A stretch of DNA of 64,000 nt from Dimorphilus gyrociliatus (lineage: Eukaryota > Animalia > Annelida). Below, piece after piece: positions 12,701-24,647 of this stretch. The notes under the pieces were generated by a model. It was given only the letters and a program-made list of their open reading frames with translations, had not been told where the DNA came from and did no database searches. The DNA lies in NCBI GenBank assembly GCA_904063045.1, contig CAJFCJ010000001.1, positions 1,426,001-1,490,000 on the forward strand, read 5' to 3'. The translations under genes were made by a program, and so were the position numbers. Every line of letters starts with the position of its first letter. Position 1 is the stretch's first letter.

Positions 12701-15700
12701 ATCAATTGGACCATCGAATATAACCCACTTCCTATCCGGAGTATCAGTTGATGCAAACTCTCTAAAAGTATTGGCGGTAATACCATCCGACCACTATTAA
12801 TATCCGTGAATAGTATAGATGAAAAAGAGAAGAGAACATGTATAAGTATAGTTTTATATAAATAATAATGGAAGATTAGTAATATATAAGAAAGATAAAA
12901 ATTAAAGAAGACAAATAATTCGAAAGAAACAATAAGTATGCATTAAATATTATACAGTTGAAGCATTATTGAATATGTTTGTATCATGCATCATTCCATG
13001 TGGATATTGTTGGTTTAATTGTTATTCTTTTATATAATATGCTTATATTGTATATTCATATAAACCGTATGTAAACAGTAATGCATATACAGTATAAAAC
13101 CATGCTGTATTAACAAATATTGCTTTGATTATTACCTCTCTCCAACTCTATTATTTTTTAATGATTTTTTTTAGTGAAATTGTGATGTCACACGGTTTTT
13201 TTTATAATTAAAAGAGTTTAATATTAATAATTAGATTGATTTAAATTGAAATAATTTGAATAGATTAAATTATGAATATTTATATGATAATACTTTATTA
13301 CGTACCTCGTGTGAAACTGCGTCAAATTGTCCGTACAGTTGTCCCATTGTAATAGCTTTTGGATTTATTGTTCTGTACATCACCTTTTCATATTCTTCGT
13401 TGCCTTCTTCGTGTAATAGTGTCATGGCTTCTGCCATTGTATGAATTACTGAGGTCTTTGAACCAAATGGCTCGCCAACCAACATGAAACCGTGTCTTAC
13501 AATCATCATTTCGTACATTTGAATAATTTTTTCATTGAAAAAGTCTACTGCTTGTAGATTTCTTTTGTCGCATATTTTCTGAACGGCTGTTAGGAAAGTT
13601 GAATAATCGGCTTTTGGTAGGTCAGTACCGGGGAAAAGATCAGATATTATTCCCTCGAACAAAGGTATATCGTGAGCCAAGAATTTTGGAAGGTTAACAT
13701 CCATTATAGATCTTAAGAGAAGGATATTTTCATTCTCATCCGGATATTTTAATTTCAAGTTTCCTGCAGCGGAAAGTACGGCCTTAACGGCTCTCATACC
13801 ATAATCGTAGTGAAATTGGGATGATAACTGTTCAGAGCACAGCCTATAGGTTGTTACAATTTTTACCGCTAAACTTCTGGCATCCATAAAGCCGAAACTG
13901 TACAAACTGATTTCTCCAATCATAGCATAGTCGGGTACCATCATAGCGACAGTTCTAAAGAGAACTTTGAGATTATCGGGTAATTCTGATCGGCCAGCGT
14001 AGCCAGGATTCATTGTAATGCAGACGTAACAATTTGGATTCAAGTTTAATTCAGTTCCTTCAAAACTGAACGTGTCTACGTGCGATTGAACAGCTCTGAT
14101 AATACACAGAATCTGCTGAGCGACAACAGACAATACTTCTAATTCAATTCTATTAAATTCATCAAAGCAAGCCCAAGCTCCCGACGAGGCTAAACCTTTG
14201 AAAAATTTACCCATAGCAATGTAATCTAAACCATCCGAACAGTTAAATACGACACATTGAACAGCTAATGCCTTGGCTAAATCTTTGGTCGTTTCTGTCT
14301 TTCCAGTTCCAGCTGGACCTTCAGGGGCTCCATTCAAATTCAAATGGAAGGCTCCCATCAAAGTACGATAGCATCTATCAGTTAACGGTGTAATAACAAG
14401 ACGGCCACTATTACCCAAATATTCGTTAGCATATTTAACGGTAGCGTTTATAATTCTGACTTTACAAACTTCCTCCTCCCAATAGTATCTAATGACAAAT
14501 ATAGATTAATACTCAATGATATCAACTATGTAAAATAATGATAGAAAAAGGGCAATTTACAAACCTTAATTGAGCTAACCATTGGAAATCATTCTCCGAC
14601 GAGACGCCCTTTTCGGCCAAATCTAATACAACATCTCTTGCGTGAACATCAATTACAACAAGAGCTCCTAGAGTAATTCTTTGTTGTTTTGTTAATTTGC
14701 CTCTAACTAATTCAACTATCTTTCCCAATTGTTCTTGTAATCTTTGATAAAATTCCTTTAGTCCTTTTGCTCCTCCTTTAATTGCGTCGTGAACCTCCAA
14801 TGTCCAATAAATTTGGGATACGCATAGTACAACTTGGCCAGGCCATTCCTTAACCCATTCTTCTCTAGCTTCAATAGCATAGGCCTATTTATAGGAGAGG
14901 AAATTTACTAAAATAAATCAAAGATATACACATATGTACATAATAAACAAAAAAAATGGTAATAGGAATTATATATTAACAGTTTTTAGCTTGTTCATTT
15001 TTTTTGCTCATTTTGAATAACGATATAAAAATTTGCATATTTTTACATAATTTATAAAAGTATGCAAATATATGCAAATTTCTTTTTTGGGCGTGAAATA
15101 CTGTATACTGTGTTAAATGCTACAGGAGAGCCATGCATTGTTTTATTTTTGTTTTGGTAATTTTTTTTGTTATTGCTATTATAAAAAATGGATTGGGATT
15201 TTAGGTAGTTTTTATCAAACCTTTCTTAATTTACGACGACGTTTTCGTAAATCCTTAAGTTGTCTCAAACATTCAGTATAGAGTTCTTTTAACATTAGTT
15301 TAAATCTTTTTTTATACTTACATCTCTAGAGGCCGCAATTACATCTCGAACGCTCATTAGCATAACATCTTGAACTTGAAGGAGCCATTTTTCAACTGCA
15401 CCTCTAGCTTCAGATGTTGAAATAACTTGACTAAGTTTTACCTGTGTTTATTTATAGATTTAATAAAGTTGACAAAATGAAGCTACTGCGTTATTTACCT
15501 TCTCTCCTTCGCTACTAAACATAGCTAGAATATCTAAATGTTTGTCGAATTCTAGTTTTCCGATACCTTCGAAACATTTCTTTAAATGAGGTTGAACTCT
15601 TGTAGGATCTTTTGTTTCGGAGAGGATTTCCAACATTTCATCGTTGGATAAGAAAAAGAATCTGGGGAAAAATAATCTCTTCTTTTCCAAATAGGCATTT

Positions 15701-18700
15701 AAACCCTTGTTTATCTTATCTAGTAGACCGTTCGAATCTTGTAGTTTTTCTAACAGGCCTGCCTGACCGGCGGCGACAAGAACATGAGCGTCTTTTCCCG
15801 TATGCTTCATAACTTCTTTCCAATTTCTATCGACGGTTGTGAATAGACGCCCTTCTTCTGGCATTTGTTGCATAATATCTTCTGATGAGAAAATTGGCTC
15901 CAAATAAAGCCATTGAGCTTGGACCTATAATGAAAATATCCGTAAGAATAGTCATTTTTTAAATGAAAAATATAGGGTCTACCTTCAGCCATTCGTCTAT
16001 TGTGTCTTGAATCCTAATTAACTTCTCCTCCCAAGCCTTAATTTCCCTATCAAACGGTTTAATGAAAGGAGATCCTCGCATGGTTTGAGTTTTAACAATT
16101 TGATCGTCAAGTAGAGTTTGTATTTCATCTACGGATGCTAAAATGTTAACACCCGTATCGCGATAAACCGTTAAGCCAAAGACGATATCATTCCATTCGT
16201 CTTGCATTTTGTACATTGTCTTCTCCAATGAATGTTCTTTGGTGGCTGCGCCGGAAATCTGTTCAAATTGCTCCATGAATGGTGCAATGTCTAATTTTAA
16301 CATTTTCCTTAGAGATGTTCCAGCATCTGGTTGAATTTCGAATTTCGCAAGTTCTTCCATTTGTTTCCAATGACGCTCTCGTAATCCTTTATTACACATG
16401 ATGGAAATAACTGGAATGTGTTCTTTAAATTCTCTCATTTTTTCTTGAACTTTATTACAAGCTAACAAGGCGGCTGGTGGTTGAATTTCGGCTTCTTCAG
16501 CTACTTCTTCTTGATCTTCTTCGCTCTGTTGACGCCTTTTCTTTTTCCTTTCTCTATCTCTTTCTTCCTTTTCTGCTTGTAATTTCTTTACTTTTTGATT
16601 GAATACTTTTTGAACTTTGTATAAATCTTTCCAATAATCATCTAGTTCATTTGCGATTTGTTCATCGTCTAAAGCGCCAAAATTTCCATCCATCCATTTT
16701 CTTTCAGCCTTTTGCCAGGAGACTACAACGGCAAACAGCCTTTTAAAAGGTTCAATACCGCTTGTAATTTCATCGACTTGTGGATATTGATTAACTGGAA
16801 ATTTATACAGTTTCTCCTCTGTATTTGTCCATTCAATTTCATTTTGAGCTTCGGTAAGCTTCTTTTGAGTTTGTCTTATCTCTTGCATGTATGTTTGCAT
16901 CATATCCAATTCACCACAATCGTCTAATTCCTCTACTCTCTGTTTCAATTTGTTTAGCTCGAATATTAATTTCTCCCTTCTTTCTACTAATTGTTTCTCT
17001 CCTTCCTGTTTCATCTTTTCAACCAATTCATCATTTTGATCAAATATTGGATTAATTCTTTTTGGCCAGAGCATAGTAGTCTTGTTCAATTCTATATCCT
17101 CTTCTGAAAATATGTAAACATCCAACATCCATTGTAGATGCTCAAAGCTAGTTTTAATTCTTTCGTTTAATTTGATCATGCCTAGCGTTCTGGCATTCTC
17201 AATAAAAGATATCATATCCATCAATTCATCACTTTTTTCCGTTTCGGAGAGTGCTCTCTCTTTGATATGATCGAATTCGGCACAAATTTCTGAATTTTCA
17301 TTTCTGTGATCTGTAGCCATTCTTTCGAGAAGACGATTAGCATGATTTCTGGCCACTTCGGCTAATCCTCTTTTCAAATCCTCGCAGTCCAATTCGATCA
17401 TATCGTAGTGTTCAATCATTGGTAAAACAGATATCTGTCTTGCAACATCTCTAAAGGAATCGATATATTCGCAATATTCCTCAAAATCGTGATCCTCTTC
17501 CAAGAATTTTGTAATTTGCGATTCGGCTTCTCCGTTTATCAACCAATTATATTTACTCACTTGATGGATATAATTAACAATATGAATATTCATATGATTA
17601 AAACTATTAAAATTTACTTACCAAACCATTCAAGATGGGCTTGAGCTTCTTCAAAATTTCGTTTTACAGCTTCTTTCAACTTATTTTTAGCCCAATCCAA
17701 AATGTGATCGGCGACAGTGGCGTTTACAATTTGTGGATTACTTCCGGAAAGGAAACTTTGAACAGTACTAATATTTTGTAGAGTTTTTGATATCTGTTCA
17801 GGTACGAAGAGAATTAACTCTTCTAGACTATCATAGGTTGGATAAAATTGCATTTGATTATCGTCGTAGATGAGTTCCATTCGGAGTAAAGGTAATTTTT
17901 CTTTATTTGTCTCATCAAATAGATTCACCCACTGTCTTATTGATCTCTCTAATAAACCTTTCAATTGATTGGACATAAGACACGTGACGCAATTATAGAA
18001 ACTGTCCAATTTATTAGAAGACACTGAAGTGAAATTATTCTTATCAGCGAATAAATGAACAACAGCAGGATGCCAAGTGGAATTTAATTTTTCTTCTACT
18101 TTTTCCGCTTCCAGTAAGACGGAATTTCTCAATACGTCAAAGTCAGTTGGACCTTCTCTTCTGAATTGAGAACCATCAACAACCAACAATGGACCAAGAA
18201 TGCTTTCACATTTGTGCAATACTTTCTGCATTGACGGATGAAGTATATGCAAATTCGATGCGATCTGATTTTTATGCTCCACGAATGCTTTGTGCCATTT
18301 AGAAGAGAAATCAAGACCGATAGCTTCCTCATCAATCGGCTGATTATCGTCTTCTTCCAATCCTCTTACAGGTGGTCTAACAAGGTTCATTTGCACTGTA
18401 GAAAGTGAGCATGGTTTATAAAAAAAATACTAGGTTAACGTAAGTGAATAAGTAAAAAATACCATTAGATCGCCTCATACTACGTTCATAATCTTCCTTA
18501 ACCTCATCGAACACTTGTCGAATATATTGTTGAGCTCCTCCCTGAAATTAAATTTCCATGTTAATTTGACAAAACATCTTTCAATTACATTAAAATAATA
18601 ATTAAATATAAATCATACGCAATATCATAAAGGCAAATTAATTTTAATAATCAATTAAGCTTAATTTAAATATACAAATTCATATTTAATTCGATTTAAG

Positions 18701-19382
18701 GAAGCTTATAAATATTCATATATTACTCGAATTTTAAAGGTCTGTAAAACAAAATTAATCAATTGATTTAAGCTTAAAATGCAAGGAAAACAATTAGAAA
18801 ACCATATCTATTGATGATTGTTACCTTTAGGTTGTTTGGTATCAAACTTAGGATATTATCAAACCATTCCTTCTGCATAGGTACAACTGGTGCAGCTTCA
18901 ACGCATTTTTTCAAAAATTGATAGTTTAACTGTATTGACAAACAGGGGAATGGATATATAAATAATGTTTGTAGGTTAAATTAAGGTCATGTTAAACTAA
19001 TAGGCAGGACACGCTTATGATTAATAATTAATATTTATTATCAGGAACGGAAGGAAAAGAATGAATAGATAGATTATAAAGAAATATAGCTTGTTGTTTT
19101 TGGTTAATAATCATTCAACCTAGGGAAAATATGATTAGTATTGATTAATAATATATTATTCTGGAAGGAAGACACACCAATAATAGTAGAAAGGAACTAA
19201 AAGCTAAGAGCAAAATTAAATAAATTAAAAAAAATGAAAGAAACCAATAAAATCAATTTCAAAGTCTTCATCTTACCCTTATCCTTCGATCTTGACTCAT
19301 CATCTGTTCACAAATTTACAAACGTTTTTGTTTTTACAAATACAACATTTTTGAGTGAATTAGAGGAAGTTTATGAAAGAAT

Positions 19383-19433
<51 letters not shown>

Positions 19434-20012
19434 CACACACGCACACACACACGCACACGCATACAAAATCATATATATATATAGAAACATATAAACATTT
19501 ATAAAAAGAGAAAACCACAGATTGTTTGTATTTTGCTTTCTTTTTACAACATTGTGTGAGAGATTTTTTACTCACTCTCTTTGATTTGTTGGGACCATAC
19601 TATTAAAATTATTACTTTAATCTTAATTCACTTATTAATAACAGTTTTAAAGTTTACGTTAAATACATTTGATATTAATTTAAATTGAATATATACCTCT
19701 GAAGGAAAATCTGGTTCTTTTTCCTTATCTGGCATTACTTCAATGGCATCTGCAGTCTTATTAGCAGCTTTTTTAGCTTCTTCGTACCTATAAATGTATA
19801 TTTTATTATATGAAATTTAGCTTTTTATAATTAAATTAATCCATTTATACTGACATAATCTTTGACAACACTTTCTGCTGTTCATTTGCCAATCTGTAAC
19901 TAAGTAGTTTGTGGCCATCATATTTCTCTTTATCTATTTTTGGTTTGGTTATTGGTGGCAAGATCGGTTTTCCACTAGCATCAGTTCGTTTAAGCGGGTT
20001 AGACAGTGACAT
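3739..20012 (-). CDS. DNAH12: Axonemal inner-arm dynein heavy chain, DNAH12 orthologue (multi-exon)
   Basis: ATG at 20012 ([11 protein letters not shown]...). Contains the tail, linker, AAA1 GPAGTGKT, degenerate AAA2 [11 protein letters not shown]3 [11 protein letters not shown]4 GVGGSGRQ, stalk/MTBD, AAA5-6 and C-terminus [15 protein letters not shown]. Recalled DNAH12-type segments match ([31 protein letters not shown]). Confidence 0.9.
6415..6555 (-). CDS. DNAH12 tandem exon copy C (141 nt; [48 protein letters not shown])
   Basis: ttttttcag acceptor, gtgagt donor, phase 2/2, open frame; closest to the canonical FEKDKLLFS motif. Confidence 0.85.
6682..6822 (-). CDS. DNAH12 tandem exon copy B (141 nt; [48 protein letters not shown])
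   Basis: ttttttcag acceptor, gtaaga donor, phase 2/2, open frame. Confidence 0.85.
7081..7221 (-). CDS. DNAH12 tandem exon copy A (141 nt; [48 protein letters not shown])
   Basis: ttttccag acceptor, gtaagt donor, phase 2/2, open frame, homologous to copies B and C. Confidence 0.85.
19383..19482. repeat. Compound (AC)n/(AT)n/(GCAC) microsatellite in a DNAH12 5' intron
   Basis: acacacacatatatat...acacacacgcacacacacacgcacacgc; it also creates the spurious HTHIYIYI and CVCVYIYI ORFs. Confidence 0.95.
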
Positions 20013-20462
20013 TTTTAAATGTTAGAAGTCTAATCCTTATCAACAATGCAAAATGAGTGATAACACCAAAGTAATTAAGAATAGTCCTTTAATTTTCTCT
20101 ATATATCAACCGAACTAATTGTTGATGGAAGAAAACATTTTGTTTAATACTTTCCAATAAAATAATTCTATTAACAATTCGGAATTTGTTGAAAAATAAT
20201 TTTATTTAAGCGAAAAATCACGTTGCTAAGCAAATCGCGCCATGCCACAGAAAAGTTCATGTGATTCGATCAACTATTGGTTGGCTACTTTTCAACCAAT
20301 CGTCGATCGCTTTACTTCTACTCGTAACCTTGACGCCTGGAAATAACATAAGACTTTTAAAACAATTATCGGATAGATTGACAGAACTGGCGAAAAAATA
20401 TTCCATGATAATCTAAAAGTACAAAGGAAATTATATCTTTCACGTGTACTGAATAGTTTGTT
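20013..20462. promoter_or_regulatory. Bidirectional promoter region of DNAH12 and IQUB with an X-box-like (RFX) site
   Basis: 450 bp between divergent ATGs. GTTGCTAAGCAAA at 20222-20234 matches the 13-nt X-box form GTTGCTAGGCAAC at 11/13; a TGTTTA forkhead core lies near 20141. Confidence 0.55.
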
Positions 20463-23400
20463 ATGGCGGATTCAGAAAAAGAGGAGATACTAGATCGTGA
20501 AGGAACTATTTCTAAAGCAACAGAAACTAATCCTCCAGAAGCAACTGAAGAACATGCAGAAAACGGTGAAAAAAAGGAAGAAGAAGCTGACTCTGCAGCT
20601 GTAAAAATTCAGGAACAAGATGATAAACCTGATGACGGTCCAAAAGATGATAATACTGCTGAGGACGCGCCAGGAGAGGCAGACAAAGAGACCAACGAAG
20701 AGGATAAGAAAAACGAGAATCAAGAAGATGCTCCAAATGAAAGCCATCCCGATGATGAAAAAGAGAATAAAGAAACAAAGGAAACCGATGACAGCGGTGA
20801 AGTAAGAGAAAAATCTGATTCTCAAGTTCAATCTGACCCGGCTGAGAGTAAGAAACCTGAAGAGGTTACATTGAAAGAAGGTGAAGATAAAAAGGAGGAA
20901 GAGGTTGTGGTAGAAAATAAGGATGATATTTCTGAAAGGCCAGAGCCAGAAGGTTCTAAAGAAGAAGAAACTGAAGCAGCTAAACAGGAGGAAGAATCTA
21001 AAGATGAGTCCAAGGCTGACGGCGTGGAAGCAGAACCTAAAGCTGAAGAATCTACTGAAGAGCCTAAAGTTGAAGCATCTTCTGAAGAACCTAAAATTGA
21101 AGAGTCTACCGAAGAACCTAAAGCTGAAGAATCTACCGAAGAGCCTAAAGTTGAAGCGTCTTCTGAAGAACCTAAAGTTGAAGAGTCTAATGAAGAACCT
21201 AAAGCTGAAGAATCTACCGAAGAGCCTAAAGTTGAAGCCTCTTCTGAAGAACCTAAAATTGAAGAGTCTACTGAAGAACCTAAAGTTGAAGAGTCTACTG
21301 AAGAACCTGAGGCAAAGCCTAAAGCAGAGGCCACAGAAGAAGCTAAAGTTGAAGAAGGCACGGAACAGCCGAAAACTGAAGAAGCAACGGGCGAACCTAA
21401 AACTGAGGAAACCACAGAAGAATCAAAGGCTGAGAACGCCGGAGAAGAACCTAAAGTAGAAGAAACTGCTGAAGAACCCAAGGAAGATGAAAAGACAGTT
21501 GAAGCAGATAAACCTGCAGAAGGAAAGACAACTGATGACAGCGAACAGCAAGGTGACGTACCTAAACCATCAGAAGGTGAAAAAGAACCAATGACTGATC
21601 GAGCAGAAGATGTAGAAGCAGACGCTAAACCTGAAGAAGCAAATGATAAAGAGAATGAAAAAATATCTCCAAGAGTTGATGTCGTCGCAACAGTAGCCCC
21701 ACCTGGGGATGAGTCTACATCGGAAGGGAATCTTACGGCAACTGTCAAGTTTTTATTAATGCCCAGTGGCCAGGTGAGTCTTTGATCATGAATTAGTTAT
21801 CTGGGAGAATTTTATAACAATTCCAATATCATAACAGGTATCAACAAAGCGTTGTCGATTAGCTCAGACTATAAGCAATATCAAGACTGAGTTTGCTAAA
21901 GAGTTGAGAATTCCCTCTTCTGTGATACTGTTATCATATGGTGCGGATTCATTGAAAGATGGTATTACATTAGGAGAGCTTGTAGAGCCTAATGGGATAG
22001 TACAAATCGAAATAGCATCAGCAGATCCTCTGAACGCTCCTCTAAAAGATTTAAAGAAACAGGAGGAATATCAAATGCCAGACATTCTAACTGTTCGCGT
22101 TCAAAGAGGTAATTTCATAGTTGTTTGTAATATAGCTGTTAATTATTCAATTGTTTGTTTTACCATAGAAAATGGAGAAACGAAAGATGTTGTGGTTGAA
22201 ATTGAAAGAAATTCAATAAAGAAGGCTTATCTTGGTGGATTTCGTCATAAGACAACTGGTGTTGAATATCATAACGCAACCAGTCAAACGATACCAAAAC
22301 CCCGCCCTCCTCATCCGGTCGAAAGGTTTTGTAGAGATACGCAAACAAATCAATTTCGACATCAGGTTCAACAAACAAACAATACAACTTCTACTCAAAT
22401 GACAAAAGTTGGTTGCTATTCGTTGAGTTCTAAAGATAAATTGGTTTCTCCTGGCAAATATACAACCGCTGATGAATTCCATGAGAAACGATTGAACAAA
22501 GTCATTCTAATTCAAAAGTATTATAGACGTTGGTTAGCCAAACGATATGTTGAAAGAGTGAAAGATGATAAGGAAAAACGGCTAGAATGGGAAAGAAAGG
22601 AAGAGTTGAAAAAGAAAAAGGAGAAGGAGGACAGGGTAAAGAGAGAGTACGAGAGAAGAATGAATCCAAAATCAAAACAAGATTTCGATTTATTATATCA
22701 CGCTCTCGAAAGTGAGTTTAATTTATTTAATATCAGTTTTATACATAATTAATTGTGTTTGCTAATTGAAAGAATGGCGTCAAGAGGAAGTTGAGAAAAT
22801 CAATGCAACGTTAGAAGGAGCTGAACGAAAAGCTGCTTTATGCCAGCTTATGGAACAGCAAACCGAGTTAATTACATCAGTTGGACGTCATAAACTAAGC
22901 TCTGATATTGCTAAAAGAGAGGAAATTATTCAAAACTTATTAGAAAAAGCGTCATCGCCTAAGAAATGGAAAGGACCGGATGGTCAAGTAACCGAGATGG
23001 ATACACCTTATACGCTGAGAGCTCAAGAGCTTAGGGATATTTACAACAGCGTAACAATGAGATATCTAACCCAGGATGAAAGATTGGACGTTTTGTTGAC
23101 ACTTAAACATACCGTAAAAGAGCACGATTGTAAATTGACTAGAGAAATTGTCGAACTTATCGACAGAGAAGCTGATTTATTAATGAGAGGTGTCAAAGAA
23201 TCAAATTTAGAAGGGCTAAGAAAGAGAATTAGCACCCTTTTCCTTCAATACATCAAAACTCCAACTTTCAATCCAGAAATTGCCAGACACCTCAAAGTTC
23301 CCCAGGATGCTTCTACACTTCGAGGAAACGTTTTCTTCTGTCCGAGTTGCAAACAATACTTACCGTCCACCGAATTTCCATTATCCTCTAAAGCGTCGAT

Positions 23401-23908
23401 GGGCTCTTGTCGAAGGTGTAGAGCCACCGATAACGTTTCTAGAACAAGGCACGATTATTCCTATTACAGAAGCATGCTATCATCCCTTCGAAAGGCGGAA
23501 GAGGCCTTTAAAGATGGTTCTCAAATTGCATTCCTACTACAGGATTCCGATTTAAGATACTTGGTAGAAAATATCTGGAATGGACAATCGGCATTATCGG
23601 CCTGGGATGATTTGTACGATCTTGTATTAGTTAGATGGATAAGGGATGAGCACTGGTCACCGTGGAATTGTGTATTATTAACTAAAGAAGAGGCTGCTGC
23701 TCACGAAAAATTAGAAAGACTAGAAGAAGCCTACGGAAAAGCTATGATGCATAAAGTTCATCAAAGGCATACAATCGCTAGAAATTACTTTTCAAGATTA
23801 CCGGCAATGGCTGAAAGTCTAAAAAAATTACATCCTCCAAAAAAGTACGAAGAGAAGAAAGAAAAAATTCTACAACCAAGAATTTCATCAGTTAAACTCG
23901 AAGCTTGA
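20463..23908 (+). CDS. IQUB: IQ motif and ubiquitin-like domain protein (radial-spoke associated)
   Basis: Long acidic N-terminus, ubiquitin-like segment (TATVKFLLMPSGQV...), GGFRHKTTGVEYHNA, IQ motif (ILIQKYYRRWLAKRYV), EHDCKLTREIVELIDREADLL, CxxC zinc motifs and HWSPWNCVLLTKEEAAAH; introns at about 21775-21837, 22109-22168 and 22712-22781. Confidence 0.9.
21033..21480 (+). repeat. Coding tandem repeat: 27-nt (9-aa EEPK[A/V/I]E[E/A]S[T/S]) unit with an 81-nt higher-order period
   Basis: The triplet EEPKAEEST-EEPKVEASS-EEPK(I/V)EES(T/N) recurs three times, then the unit decays. Confidence 0.9.
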
Positions 23909-24217
23909 TTTTTCTTTCTTTTTCTTAACATTAAGAGAAACAAAAGTTAAAATCAATGAAACATAAATTATGACAATAAAAATTATAATTTTTGCTTTAT
24001 TAATAAAATTCATCTCTGAAAAAAAAAATCAATAAAAAAAATAAAAAAAAAACATTTTTGCCTTCCTTTCTTTGTCAAATAAAAAATATAGTATCCACTC
24101 TCTTTCTGTCTCACACATACAATCTATTTCCTTTTATTATGGAATCTGTTGTATAAAAACTTGGTTTTCTTGTTTTTTTTTTACTTCTCCGTTGAGATAA
24201 TATATATAATATATATA

Positions 24218-24422
24218 TATACAGTATATATATATAAAGTGTATATACTGTATGTATAAATTGATCTCTATTACTAAAAATTTTGATTACATCATAGATA
24301 AATCTAATAAAAACAAATGGAAAAAAATTTTTACCAAAATTGACTTTTTCATAAACATTAGTCTACATAAATAAAACATATATATATATATATATATATG
24401 TTCATATATATATATATACTAT
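24218..24422. repeat. (TA)n microsatellites in the convergent IQUB / PTP 3' region
   Basis: TA runs at about 24200-24250 and 24378-24420. Confidence 0.85.
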
Positions 24423-24647
24423 AAATATGGGTACGAATATTTTTGTTTCTCTTATCACAGATAATTAACGCAATCAGGCCGTTAAAAAAAAAAAAAACAA
24501 AAAATAAATCATAAATCGTAAAAACTTCTTTGTTTTTTTTTTTGCAGGGTGATTTAGCTTGTGTTTACGTTTTTTCATTGACTTCCTTTCCTAGTGTTAT
24601 ATTTTTTAGGGTGCGTCCAAATCGTTAAGGCGAATTAGCTCCCCTTT

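Noticed and set aside
13470-13493. Non-canonical AAA2 Walker A (GEPFGSKT) as a sign of pseudogenisation
   Set aside because: A degenerate P2 loop is, as I recall, typical of DNAH12 orthologues; AAA1 and AAA3 are intact.
20490-21748. Long antisense and alternative-frame ORFs over the IQUB N-terminus (306-aa Ser-rich, 178-aa Lys/Leu-rich)
   Set aside because: Expected by-products of the GAA-rich coding repeat.
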